DNA of 64,000 nt from Virgisporangium ochraceum. Its GTDB lineage: Bacteria; Actinomycetota; Actinomycetes; Mycobacteriales; Micromonosporaceae. The notes under the pieces were generated by a model. The model was not told the origin of the DNA. It was given only the letters and a program-made list of their open reading frames with translations, and made no database searches. Shown one piece after another: positions 15,734-27,445 of the stretch. The translations under genes and the position numbers were made by a program. The DNA lies in assembly GCF_016863655.1 (NCBI RefSeq), contig NZ_BOPH01000083.1:29901-93900 (forward strand). The letters run 5' to 3'. Numbering within the stretch: the stretch's first letter is position 1; the number at the start of each line of letters is the position of its first letter.

Positions 15734-17074
15734 ATGCGACGGATACGGATCCTGATCCCCCTCGTGGTCGTGCTCGGTGCCGTGCTGGTCGCGGCGCCGC
15801 CCGCGTCGGCCGCCACCAGCTACACGGGCTCGCTGCCCAACGGCACGACCTGGAAGGCCGACATCCCGGCCAACTGGAACGGGACGCTGCTGCTGTACAG
15901 CCACGGCTACCTGCCCACGTTCGCCGGCGCGCCGAACCTGCCGCAGAACGCGCCCGACCCGCAGACCGCCGCCGCGCTGCTCGCCGCCGGCTACGGCCTG
16001 ACCGGGTCGTCGTACGCGGCGGCCGGATGGGCCCTCAATACGGCGCCGAAGGACCAGCTCGACACCCTCGCGGCCACGGTCGACGCGATCGGCCGCCGGC
16101 CGAAGCGGGTCCTGGCGGTCGGCACGTCGATGGGCGGCCTGGTGACGGCCCGGCTCGCCGAGACCGGCGGCGGCATCCACGGCGCGCTGTCGACCTGCGG
16201 CATCGTCGCCGGCGGCGCGGCCCTGAACAACTACCAGCTCGACGCCGAGCACGCGATCGCCCGCCTGCTGGCGCCCGCCCAGCCGATCAGGCTCGCCGGG
16301 TACGCCACGCTCGCCGAGGCGTTCGTCACCACGTCGGCCCTGGTCACGGCCGTCACCCAGGGGCAGACAACGGCGGCGGGACGGGCGCGCGTGGCGCTCG
16401 CGGCCGCGTTCCACCACGCGCCCTCCTGGCTGCCCGACCAGCCTCCGCCGGCCGACGTCGACGCCGTCCAGCGCGGCCAGTACGAGTGGCTGCGGCAGAG
16501 CCTGCAGTTCACCACCCCGGGGCGCTTCGACATAGAGACCGCGGTGGGCGGCAACGCCGCCTGGAACCGGGGGGTGGACTACCGCCGGCTGCTCGCCCAC
16601 TCGTCCGACCGCGACACGGTGACGGCGATGTACCGGCGCGCCGGCCTCGACCTCGACGCCGACCTCGACCTCCTCACCCGCACCGCCGACGTGACCGCCG
16701 ACCCGGCGGCCGTCGGGCGGATCTTCGCCACGTCGGTGCCCTTCGGCCGGCTGCGGATGCCCGTGCTCACCGTGCACACCACCGACGACCAGCTCGTTCC
16801 GGTGCAGCAGGAGCACGCGTACGCCAACGCCGTGCGGCGGGCCGGCCGATCGGGGCTGCTGCGGCAGGCCTACGTGGCGCGTCCGGGCCACTGCGCGTTC
16901 ACGCCGGCCGAGCTCGTCGCCGCGGTGCGGGCCCTCGACCACCGGGTCGCGACCGGCCGGTGGGACGGGCGCACCTCGGCCGATGCCCTGCAACGCGCCG
17001 CCCTGAACCTCGACCTGGGCCCCGCCGCCTACGTCCGTTACACCCCCGGCCCCCTACTACGCGACTCCTTCTAG
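15734..17074 (+). CDS. secreted alpha/beta-hydrolase (esterase/lipase-like)
   Basis: Signal peptide (MRRIRILIPLVVVLGAVLVAAPPASAAT), a GTSMGG nucleophile elbow and a C-terminal HC pair. A candidate promoter lies upstream. Confidence 0.75.
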   Translation: MRRIRILIPLVVVLGAVLVAAPPASAATSYTGSLPNGTTWKADIPANWNGTLLLYSHGYLPTFAGAPNLPQNAPDPQTAAALLAAGYGLTGSSYAAAGWALNTAPKDQLDTLAATVDAIGRRPKRVLAVGTSMGGLVTARLAETGGGIHGALSTCGIVAGGAALNNYQLDAEHAIARLLAPAQPIRLAGYATLAEAFVTTSALVTAVTQGQTTAAGRARVALAAAFHHAPSWLPDQPPPADVDAVQRGQYEWLRQSLQFTTPGRFDIETAVGGNAAWNRGVDYRRLLAHSSDRDTVTAMYRRAGLDLDADLDLLTRTADVTADPAAVGRIFATSVPFGRLRMPVLTVHTTDDQLVPVQQEHAYANAVRRAGRSGLLRQAYVARPGHCAFTPAELVAAVRALDHRVATGRWDGRTSADALQRAALNLDLGPAAYVRYTPGPLLRDSF

Positions 17075-17091
17075 CCCGCCGATGACCCGGG

Positions 17092-18315
17092 CTAGCGCAC
17101 GCGGCGGCGGCTGAGGGCGGCCACGCCGGCGAGGAGCACCACGAGCACCGCGGCGAACCAGGTCATCGCGGTGGTCGTGGTCACCGCGCGGGTCGCGACG
17201 CCGATCGCGACGGCCGGCAGGCTGAGACCCAGGTAGGAGACCAGGAACAGGCCGGCCAGCGCCTCGCCGCGGCGGGCCGGTGCGGCGGTCGTCACCACCG
17301 CGCCGACCGCGGCCTTGAACAGCATCCCGGCGCCCACGCCGGCGACCACCCCACCGACGAGGAACGCCGCCAGGTTCGCGGCGTGCATGCCGGCGACGAG
17401 GACGAGCACGCCGGCGACCTGCGCGAGCAGGCCGGCGGCCAGCCTGGTGCCCGCCGCGAGGCCGTTGGTCAGCGTCTGCGCGGCGGCCGCAGCGGCGAAG
17501 ACCGCGAACACGACGGCACCGGCCAGCGCCCGCGACGGGTGGTGCAACGCGCCGGCGACGAAGCCCGAGGCGACGGACGTGAACAGGCCGAAGACCGCGA
17601 ACGACGCGAAGCCGGCCACGGTCGCGACGAGGTAGCCGTCGCCGTGGTCGGCGCTGACCCGCTGCGGGCGGTAGGCCGGCCGGTCGGCCCGCACCTCGAC
17701 CGTCTCGGGCGTCGCCGCGACGGCGACGATGGCGGCGGTCAGCAGCACCGCGAACACCAGGTACGGGGTGCGCAGCGGGGCGTCGACGTACTGGGCGAGG
17801 AACCCGGCCACGAGCGGGCCGAACCCGACGCCACCGAGGTTGGCCGCGGTGGACACGATCTCGAAGCGCTGCCGGGACGCGCCGGGCCGGTGCGCGGTGT
17901 GCAGGTCGAGCAGGTACGCCGTGGCGGTGGCCGTGATCATGCCGACGCCGAGACCGGTGACCAGCCGGGCCACGAGCAGCACCGGCAGCGACGGGTCGGC
18001 GAGGAACAGCACCGCGGCCACCAGCTCCAGCGCGAGCGCCGGAACGAGGACGCGCCGGCGTCCCACCCGGTCGGAGATGTGCCCGGCCAGCAGGAGGCTG
18101 ATCACCACGCCGACGGCGTAGACGGCGAACACCACGGTGACCATGAACGTCGAGAACCCGTCGCGGGCCTGGTAGAGCGGGTACAGCGGGGTCGGCACGG
18201 TCGAGAACGCCATCGCGACGAGGAACGCGCCGCTGACCGCCCAGAAGCCGATGCCGTGCCGGCTCGAACCGCTCACGGCGGGTGGGGCGGGTCGAACGGC
18301 CGAGGTGATGGTCAT
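17092..18315 (-). CDS. MFS transporter
   Basis: C-terminal 407 aa of ORF 17092..18924, starting at MTITSAV. Contains 12 predicted TM helices and the MFS motif GHISDRVGRRRV. Confidence 0.8.
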   Translation of the reverse strand: MTITSAVRPAPPAVSGSSRHGIGFWAVSGAFLVAMAFSTVPTPLYPLYQARDGFSTFMVTVVFAVYAVGVVISLLLAGHISDRVGRRRVLVPALALELVAAVLFLADPSLPVLLVARLVTGLGVGMITATATAYLLDLHTAHRPGASRQRFEIVSTAANLGGVGFGPLVAGFLAQYVDAPLRTPYLVFAVLLTAAIVAVAATPETVEVRADRPAYRPQRVSADHGDGYLVATVAGFASFAVFGLFTSVASGFVAGALHHPSRALAGAVVFAVFAAAAAAQTLTNGLAAGTRLAAGLLAQVAGVLVLVAGMHAANLAAFLVGGVVAGVGAGMLFKAAVGAVVTTAAPARRGEALAGLFLVSYLGLSLPAVAIGVATRAVTTTTAMTWFAAVLVVLLAGVAALSRRRVR

Positions 18316-18384
18316 GGACCCACTGTCCACGCGCCAGCGATCGCGTCCAACGAGAGTTCTCGCTCCCAGCGATCTGGATGTGCG

Positions 18385-19401
18385 ATGGTTGGATGCGTGG
18401 AGCTCCGTCATCTCGAGTACTTCGTCGCGGTCGCGGAGGAGCGGAACTTCACCCGGGCCGCGGCGCGGCTGCACATCGTGCAGTCGGCGGTGTCGGCCGC
18501 GGTCAAGGCGCTGGAGCGCGACCTCGGCGCGGCGCTGCTCGACCGCAACTCCAAGCGCGTGCTCCTCACCGACGCCGGCGAGGCCCTCCTGCCCCGGGCG
18601 CGCATCGCGCTCGACGCCGCCCGCGACGCCGCCGACGCCGTCGCCGAGGTGCGCGGCGGCCTGCGCGGCACGCTGCGCCTGGGCACGATGACGTCGGTCG
18701 GGCTCATCGACGTGCCGGCGCTCCTCGGCGAGTTCCACCGCCACCACCCGGGTGTGCTCGTGCGGACCAGCGCCGCGCCGTCCGGGTCGCGTGGGCTCCT
18801 CGACGCGCTCGTTGAGCGGCGGCTGGACGTCGCGTTCGTCTCCTGGCCGGGACCCGCGCCCGCCGGGATCGACCTGACCGACCTGGCCCACTCGGTGATC
18901 GACCTCGTCGTGCCGGCCGGGCACCCGTTCGCCGGCCGGGCCGCGGTGCCGATCGACGACCTGGCCGGCCTGGACTTCATCGACTCACCCGTCGGCTTCG
19001 GCAACCGCACGGTCATCGACCGCGCCTTCGCCGCGGCGGGCCTGCGCCGCCGCGTCACCATCGAGATCACCGACATCGCGACCGGGGTCGCCTACGTCCG
19101 GCACGGCCTGGGCGTCGCGCTGCTCCCCCGCTTCATCCTCGGTGGCGCCGGGGGCGTCGCCACGCTGACGGTCACCGGCGCAGACCTGCGCTGGCCCCTG
19201 TCGCTGGCGACCCCGACCGACCGCCCACCCGCCGCACCGGCCCGCGCCCTGATCGCCCTCGTCCGCGACGTGCTCGCTGACCCGGTCACGCGTTCCGGCG
19301 TAGCCAGTCGGCCTTTGCCTGATCCCGCGGCACCGGCGCGGTCCGGTCGAAGGAGTCGAGCAGCGCCGCCAACGCGGCACCGGGACCCTGGTCGCCGATG
19401 A
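18385..19401 (+). CDS. LysR-family transcriptional regulator (divergent from MFS transporter)
   Basis: Within ORF 17383..19401. N-terminal HTH (ELRHLEYFVAVAEERNFTRAAARLHIVQSAVSAAVKALE) plus a substrate-binding domain. The start is either the ATG at ~18385 or the GTG four codons later. Long Pro/Arg-rich C-terminal tail. Confidence 0.8.
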   Translation: MVGCVELRHLEYFVAVAEERNFTRAAARLHIVQSAVSAAVKALERDLGAALLDRNSKRVLLTDAGEALLPRARIALDAARDAADAVAEVRGGLRGTLRLGTMTSVGLIDVPALLGEFHRHHPGVLVRTSAAPSGSRGLLDALVERRLDVAFVSWPGPAPAGIDLTDLAHSVIDLVVPAGHPFAGRAAVPIDDLAGLDFIDSPVGFGNRTVIDRAFAAAGLRRRVTIEITDIATGVAYVRHGLGVALLPRFILGGAGGVATLTVTGADLRWPLSLATPTDRPPAAPARALIALVRDVLADPVTRSGVASRPLPDPAAPARSGRRSRAAPPTRHRDPGRR

Positions 19402-20026
19402 CGTAGGCCCGCGCGAGGTCGACCGGTTCGGTGACCCACCACCCGGGCGCCCCGCCGGCGATGAAGCCGAGCAGGTGGTCCCGGTCGAGCAGCGCCGCCA
19501 ACTCGGGGACGGCGACGTGGTCGAGCCGGTGACCCAACGCCCGGCCACACACCTCGGCGGAGGCGGCGTCGTGCAGCTGCCATCCGGCGCCGTCGGCGGG
19601 ATCGAGCCTGCGGCGCAGCAGCCCGTGAGACTCCTGCGGAGCGGCAGGGACCCGATCCCACTCCTCCCGGATGTACCGCCACCGCGCGGCGGGCAGCACG
19701 GCAAGGTTCACGTAGAACGTAACCCGGTCACCGGCCTCCCACCGCGATCTCTGCAGGTTGACCACGGCGAGGTCGCCGCGCGGCGACTGCCGGCGCCAGG
19801 TCGAGGCCGCCCGGGCGTAGCCGGCCGCGCGCAGCGACGGATGGACGTGCTGACGCAGCATCTCCGTGTAGGCGGTCACTTCCTGATCGAACCAGGTCGT
19901 CGGGAACGGAGCGGCACGGACCCGTGATACCGATCGCTGCCGGCGCCGGTGCTCGAAAGCGAGGACCGGCACCTTCACCACGGTGTCGACGGTGTACCGG
20001 AACCGACGCCGGCCGGAGACGTCCAT
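19286..20026 (-). CDS. DUF4304-like hypothetical protein
   Basis: ORF 19286..20134. The likely start is the internal ATG (MDVSGRRRFRY). Its 3' end overlaps the LysR gene tail convergently. Confidence 0.5.
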   Translation of the reverse strand: MDVSGRRRFRYTVDTVVKVPVLAFEHRRRQRSVSRVRAAPFPTTWFDQEVTAYTEMLRQHVHPSLRAAGYARAASTWRRQSPRGDLAVVNLQRSRWEAGDRVTFYVNLAVLPAARWRYIREEWDRVPAAPQESHGLLRRRLDPADGAGWQLHDAASAEVCGRALGHRLDHVAVPELAALLDRDHLLGFIAGGAPGWWVTEPVDLARAYVIGDQGPGAALAALLDSFDRTAPVPRDQAKADWLRRNA

Positions 20027-20105
20027 GAGCACGGCCGCCGCCTCCTCCCGCCGCCGGTCGCGGTGCGCGGGCGGCAGGATGACAGATCCCAGGCGCAGCA
20101 ACAGG

Positions 20106-20453
20106 TCACGACGCGCCGCCCGGCAGTGCGTCACCGGGGAGTGCGCCGCCGACCGCGCGCCGACCGCGCCGACCGCGGCGGCGGGCGTCGCTCGCGGCGA
20201 GCGCCTCCCGCGCCCGCGCCACGCCGTCGGCGGTCAGGCGGTAGTAGCGGCGCCGCGGGCGTCCCATGGCTTCGGGACCGGTCTCCTCCCAGCGGCTGGT
20301 GACCCAGCCGGCCCCCTCCAGCCTCGCCATGATCGGGTAGATCGTGCCGGGTGGCAGGCCGGTGGCGTCGACGAGCTCGAGCCCGTACAGCTCCCCGTCG
20401 GGCTCGCCGAGCAGCACGCGCATGGTGAGCTGAACCTGCAGCGTTAGTCGCAT
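20106..20453 (-). CDS. PadR-family transcriptional regulator
   Basis: Winged-helix segment (LLGEPDGELYGLELVDATGLPPGTIYPIMARLEGAGWV...RRRYYRLTADG), typical of PadR. Confidence 0.7.
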   Translation of the reverse strand: MRLTLQVQLTMRVLLGEPDGELYGLELVDATGLPPGTIYPIMARLEGAGWVTSRWEETGPEAMGRPRRRYYRLTADGVARAREALAASDARRRGRRGRRAVGGALPGDALPGGAS

Positions 20454-20462
20454 TATCGAACT

Positions 20463-21428
20463 CTATATAGCCCCCTCGCCACCCCGCAACCTCCGGAACG
20501 CCGCGCGGTAGGCCTGCGGGTTCGTGCCGACGACCCGCCGGAAGCGGTCACGGAACGCCGTCGGCGAGCCGAAACCGGCGTCGGCGGCGATGCGGTCGAC
20601 GGGGTGGTCGGTCGCCTCGAGCAGGTGCTGTGCCCGCCGCACCCGGGCGCGCAGCAGCCACTGCAGCGGTGTCGTGCCGGTCTGTTCGCGGAAGCGCCGG
20701 TTGAGCGTGCGGCTGCTCATCCCGGCGTGGGCGGCGATGTCGTCGAGGGTGAGGTCGCGTGCGGCGTTGTCGCGCATCCAGGTCAGCACCGGTTCGAGCA
20801 GCGAGCCGCGCGGGGTCGGCGGCTGGTCGTGGACGATGAACTGCGCCTGCCCGCCCTCGCGCTCCAGCGGCACCACGGAGATCCGGGCGGCGTCGGCGGC
20901 CACCGCGGAGCCGTGGTCGCGGCGCACCAGGTGCAGGCACAGGTCCAGCCCCGCGGCGGCACCGGCCGAGGTGAGGAACTGGCCGTCGTCGACGTAGAGC
21001 ACGGCCGGGTCGACGTCGATGTCGGGGTGACGCTCGGCGAGCAGGCCGGCGGCCAGCCAGTGGGTCGTCACGCGCCGGCCGTCGAGCAGCCCGGTGGCCG
21101 CGAGGATGAACGCGCCGGCACAGATCGAGGCGATGCGGGTGCCCGCGGCGGCGGCGCGGCGCAGGGCGTCGAGGACCTCGCCGGGCACCGGTGCCGTGAC
21201 GTCGGCGCAGCCGGGCAGGACGATCGTGTCCGCGGTGGCGAGCCCGTCGAGGCCCCACGGCGGCCGGAGGGTGAACAGCCCGGCGTCGACGGTCGGGGTC
21301 GGGCCGCACACACGGACCTCGTAGGCGCGGCCGCCGTCGGGCAGCCGGGTGCGGGTGAACACCTCGATCGGCGTGGAGAGATCGAACGGGACCACGGTGT
21401 TCAGCGCGAGCACGGCCACGGTGTGCAT
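20463..21428 (-). CDS. GlxA-family transcriptional regulator (DJ-1/PfpI domain + AraC HTH)
   Basis: Full ORF. DJ-1/PfpI Cys elbow (IASICAGAFILA) and a C-terminal AraC HTH (DIAAHAGMSSRTLNRRFREQTGTTPLQWL). Confidence 0.85.
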   Translation of the reverse strand: MHTVAVLALNTVVPFDLSTPIEVFTRTRLPDGGRAYEVRVCGPTPTVDAGLFTLRPPWGLDGLATADTIVLPGCADVTAPVPGEVLDALRRAAAAGTRIASICAGAFILAATGLLDGRRVTTHWLAAGLLAERHPDIDVDPAVLYVDDGQFLTSAGAAAGLDLCLHLVRRDHGSAVAADAARISVVPLEREGGQAQFIVHDQPPTPRGSLLEPVLTWMRDNAARDLTLDDIAAHAGMSSRTLNRRFREQTGTTPLQWLLRARVRRAQHLLEATDHPVDRIAADAGFGSPTAFRDRFRRVVGTNPQAYRAAFRRLRGGEGAI

Positions 21429-21519
21429 GGCGCCGACCCTATGCGCTGTGGCGAGAACCCGTTGGAGGGTGGCATTCCAGCCACTTCCCGGTGCCCGGAG
21501 GCGCGACTAGCGTCGCCAC

Positions 21520-21936
21520 GTGACCAAGATCCTCCTCTCGGTTCACGTGCTCGCGGCGATCCTTACGGTCGGTCCGGTGACCGTGGCCGCCAGCATGTTC
21601 CCGGCCGTCGCGCGCCGCGGCGACGCCGCCGCCCTGCGCACGTTGCACCGCATCTGCCGCGTCTACGCGGCACTCGGCATCGTGGTTCCGGTGTTCGGCC
21701 TGGCGACCGCGGGCAGCCTCGGTGTGCTCGGCGACGCGTGGCTGATCACCTCGATCGCGTTGACCGCGGCGGCCGCGGGTGTGCTCGTGCTGCTCCTGCT
21801 CCCCCGGCAGGCGCGGGTGCTCGCGGACGGGCCGCCGGACCGGTCGCTGCCCGTGTGGACCGGCACGTTCAACCTGCTGTGGGCGGTGGTCACCGTGCTG
21901 ATGATCGTCCGCCCCGGCTCGACGACGGGGGCGTGA
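21520..21936 (+). CDS. small integral membrane protein (DUF2269-like)
   Basis: Full ORF with four hydrophobic helices. The stop overlaps the next start (ATGA). Confidence 0.6.
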   Translation: MTKILLSVHVLAAILTVGPVTVAASMFPAVARRGDAAALRTLHRICRVYAALGIVVPVFGLATAGSLGVLGDAWLITSIALTAAAAGVLVLLLLPRQARVLADGPPDRSLPVWTGTFNLLWAVVTVLMIVRPGSTTGA

Positions 21937-22205
21937 TGCTCGCCCTGCGGACCGCGGCCGTCGTGGAACTGGCCAGCCTGGTGGCGCTGCTGGCCAACCT
22001 GGCCACCGTGCACTGGGAACCGGTGTCGTCGGCGGTGGGGCCGGTGCACGGGTGCGCCTACCTGTTCGTCATCGTGCTCGCGTTCCGGCACGCGGCCGAC
22101 CGGTGGACCCGGGCCGCCGCCCTGGTGCCCGCCGTCGGCGGGCTGCTTGTCCTGCGCCGGATCGCCGCCGCGCGGCTACCCGGTGCCGCAGGATCGCCCG
22201 TTCGA
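21936..22205 (+). CDS. DUF3817-like small membrane protein; 3' end undetermined (no in-frame stop before 22886)
   Basis: ATG at 21936 (MLALRTAAVVELASLVALLANLATVHWEPVSSAVGPVHGCAYLFVIVLAFRHAADRW) with two TM helices. Beyond ~22200 the frame is Arg/Pro-rich and runs antisense through the SARP gene, which suggests a frameshift or sequencing error. The end coordinate is an estimate. Confidence 0.35.
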
Positions 22206-22857
22206 GCCCGACGAGCTCCGCGCCCGGGTCGACGCCCAGCTCGGCGTGCAGGAGCGCACGGACGCGACGCAGGCTCGCGAGCGACTCGCTCTGCTGACCG
22301 CAGCGGTACTGCGCCCGGGCGAGCAGCGCCCACCGCCGTTCCCGCAGGGGGGCCTCGTCGGCGCGGGCCTGCGCCTCGGCCAGGATCTCCACGTGCCGGC
22401 CGGCCCGCAGGGCCGCCTCCAGCCGCAGCTCCTGCGCGTCGAGGCGCGACTCGGTCAGCCGGCCGGCCTCGGTGCGACCCGGCTCCCAGCTCTCGACGTC
22501 GGCCAGCGGGCGGCCGCGCCACAGGGCGAGCGCCTCGTCGACCAGGAACAGCGCCCGGTCGGGCGCTCCGAGGTCGAGCTGCTCGCGGCACCGGCGCAGC
22601 AGCAGGCCGAACCGGCGGGCGTCGATCTCGTCGGCGGCCACGGCGAGGCGGTAGCCGGTCGCCACGGTCTCGACCGACCCCGGTCCCAGCGCCCGGCGCA
22701 GCCGGGCGACGCAGCCGTGCACCACCTTGCGCCACGACACGGGCGGCTCAGCGCCCCACACCGCCTCGGCGAGCTGGTCGAGGGTCAGCGCCTCGTCGCC
22801 GCCGACCACGAGTGCCGCGAGCACGCTGCGGTCGCGCGGCCCGAGCCGGGAGCCGAC
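22069..22857 (-). CDS. SARP/AfsR-family transcriptional regulator (winged-helix DNA-binding + BTAD domain), short form
   Basis: ORF 22069..22947. Features: LTLDQLAEAVWG, a wHTH (VARLRRALGPGSVETVATGYRL) and a BTAD domain (ALALWRGRPLADV...ELRLEAALRAGRH). The start is probably the GTG near 22857, because starting at 22947 would overlap the divergent gene at 22893. Confidence 0.65.
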   Translation of the reverse strand, partial: VGSRLGPRDRSVLAALVVGGDEALTLDQLAEAVWGAEPPVSWRKVVHGCVARLRRALGPGSVETVATGYRLAVAADEIDARRFGLLLRRCREQLDLGAPDRALFLVDEALALWRGRPLADVESWEPGRTEAGRLTESRLDAQELRLEAALRAGRHVEILAEAQARADEAPLRERRWALLARAQYRCGQQSESLASLRRVRALLHAELGVDPGAELVGLERAILRHRVAARRRSGAGQAARRRRAPGRRPGSTGRPRAGTRAR

Positions 22858-22892
22858 ACCGCGTTCCCGTTCCCCCGAAGGAGTGACCCGAG

Positions 22893-23309
22893 ATGCACAA
22901 GGGCCTGATCGTTCCCGTACTGGTGGCGACCCTCGCGTTCGTCCCAACGCCGGAAGCCGCGCCGGCCGCGCCGCAGGCCGCCTCCCGCGCCGAACCGCCG
23001 CGACTGGTCGCGCCGGGCTTCGCCAGCGCCGGTGAACGGATCCCCGTGCTCGCGTTCGCCTACCGCGGCCGGTGCGGGCCCACCGGGCTGAGGTTCGACG
23101 ACGCCCCCGTGGCGCACCGGCTCACCCGGTACGCCGGATCACCGCCGTCGGACCGGGTCGAGATGTTCATGACCCTCGACGTGCCCGCCACGGCGACGCG
23201 CGGCCGCCACGAGATCCAGCTGTACGGGCCGGGCCCGCAGGCGCGCTGCCCCGCCGGCTCCGCGACGCCCACGCGGCTCGCGGTCGGCACCGTCATCCTC
23301 GGGCCGTGA
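22893..23309 (+). CDS. secreted hypothetical protein
   Basis: Strong RBS (GAAGGAGTG) 8 nt before the ATG. Signal peptide (MHKGLIVPVLVATLAFVPTPEAAPAAPQA) and conserved Cys residues. Confidence 0.6.
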   Translation: MHKGLIVPVLVATLAFVPTPEAAPAAPQAASRAEPPRLVAPGFASAGERIPVLAFAYRGRCGPTGLRFDDAPVAHRLTRYAGSPPSDRVEMFMTLDVPATATRGRHEIQLYGPGPQARCPAGSATPTRLAVGTVILGP

Positions 23310-23369
23310 ACGCGAGCGGGCCCGGCCGATCTCGTGAATCGGCCGGGCCCGTCGTGGAACGGGGTCAGC

Positions 23370-26046
<2,677 letters not shown>

Positions 26047-26052
26047 TCGATC

Positions 26053-26082
26053 AACCTAGACCAGTTATCTGGAATAGTTCAA
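26053..26082 (-). promoter_or_regulatory. furA promoter with Fur-box-like near-palindrome in the spacer (minus strand: TTGAAC-N18-TAGGTT; operator CCAGATAACTGG)
   Basis: On the furA strand, -35 TTGAAC and -10 TAGGTT are separated by 18 bp. The -10 ends 6 nt before the GTG, implying a leaderless transcript. The 12-bp near-palindrome CCAGTTATCTGG (10 of 12 symmetric) sits in the spacer, in an AT-rich island within a 73% GC background. Confidence 0.5.
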
Positions 26083-26121
26083 GTTTTGGTCGCGCTCCCA
26101 CGAACGGGTATGCGGGTTGGC

Positions 26122-26597
26122 ATGCACTGGCTCTTCGACGGCTGGATCGCCGGCGTCGGCACCACCAGCGGCACCCGCCTCGTGCTGGGCCACTGGCCGC
26201 GGTCGCGTTCGGACCGGTCAGCGACGTCATGGTCGAGCATGCCGACGGCCGCCGGCTGCTGCTCGTGGACACGCCGGACCTGGGACGGTTCGTCGCTGAC
26301 ACGTACGCCTTCGACGCGGTCCGGGTGACGCCGGTCACCGTCCGTCGGGAGGGCTTTGTGTGGACCGTGACAGCGCCGCCCCTCGAACTCCGGTTCACGG
26401 TGGGCGGGCGGGGTGCGCTCGGGTGGCTGCTGCACGCGGGACCTGCGCCGGATCACCGCCGCGACGGCCTCCTGGGACGGCGCGGGCCTCGGCCGCCTCA
26501 CCGGCGTGGACCCGCCGGTGCGGTTCGGGTTCGGCTCTACGCCGCGGACGCCAGCTCTGGTGCGGGTGACGACGACGGTCGCGCTTCCCGTCCGTGA
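26122..26597 (+). pseudogene. decayed gene: ATG at 26122 (MHWLFDGWIAGVGTTSGTRLVLGHWPRS) continues in another frame (...FGPVSDVMVEHADGRRLLLVDTPDLGRFVADTYAFDAVRVTPVTVRREGFVWTV...) after a 1-nt frameshift near 26206, with a further probable shift near 26440
   Basis: Two overlapping table ORFs (25405..26328 and 26229..26597) each carry half of a coherent protein, joined only by a -1 frameshift. The tails are Arg/Pro-rich. The 3' end is overlapped by the DUF817 gene. Confidence 0.4.
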
Positions 26598-27445
26598 CGG
26601 ATCGCCGCCGCCAGGACGAAGCTGACGCTCACCAGCAGTGTCCAGGAGCCCAGCTTCGACAGGTGCACCAGGCGCCACACGTCGGCCTGGTCGGGGTAGC
26701 GCCAGGCGCCGAGGAACGTGGCGGTGTTCTCCGCGATCCACAGGAACGTGCCGATGAGCCCGAACGACACCGCCAGCGGCATCCGGTACTGCGTGCCGCC
26801 GACCGTGTAGTGCACCCACGTGCGCCACGTCGCGGCGACCAGGCCGGCGGCGGCGAGCAGCCGCAGGTCGGGCAGGAAGTGGTGGGTGAAGAAGTTCAGG
26901 TAGACGGCCGCCGCCGCGACGGCGGTGAGCACCGGCCGGTAGCCGACCAGCCGCAGGTCCAGGTGCCGCCAGGCGGCGCAGATGTAGCTGCCGACGGCCG
27001 CGTACATGAAGCCGCTGTAGAGCGGCACGCCGGCGACCTTGGTCAGCGCCTCCTCCGGGTAGCTCCACGAGCCCATGCGGATCTTGAACAGCTCCAGGGC
27101 CAGCCCCACCAGGTGGAACACACAGATCACGAGCACCTCGCGGCGCGTCTCGACGCCCGTGAGCCACAGGACGGCCGTGAGCGCGAGGCAGCCGAGCAGG
27201 AGCGCGTCGTAGCGGGCGACCGGCAACGGCACGACCGACGACACCGCCAGCAACCCGAACACCCCGACGGCGAACAGGCAGCTTCGCGCCTCCAGCCACG
27301 CGAACCGCAGCAACTGCCCGACGAACCTCCGCACGATCACGCCCGCAGACGCTAGTGCGACCGGTCGGGGCCGCGACTCCCCAAAGCGTGCCTCAGGCTC
27401 GGCGGACGCGAGGGCATGGGAGCTCGGTGGCAGAGTGATCGTCAT
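26537..27445 (-). CDS. DUF817-family integral membrane protein
   Basis: ORF 26537..27514 with 8 TM helices and the motif LLRFAWLEARSCLFAV. The start is uncertain. The ATG at 27443-27445 shares the tetranucleotide CATG with the divergent GNAT start, so the real start may be the GTG near 27340 (VIVRRFVGQLL). Confidence 0.65.
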   Translation of the reverse strand: MTITLPPSSHALASAEPEARFGESRPRPVALASAGVIVRRFVGQLLRFAWLEARSCLFAVGVFGLLAVSSVVPLPVARYDALLLGCLALTAVLWLTGVETRREVLVICVFHLVGLALELFKIRMGSWSYPEEALTKVAGVPLYSGFMYAAVGSYICAAWRHLDLRLVGYRPVLTAVAAAAVYLNFFTHHFLPDLRLLAAAGLVAATWRTWVHYTVGGTQYRMPLAVSFGLIGTFLWIAENTATFLGAWRYPDQADVWRLVHLSKLGSWTLLVSVSFVLAAAIRHGREARPSSSPAPELASAA

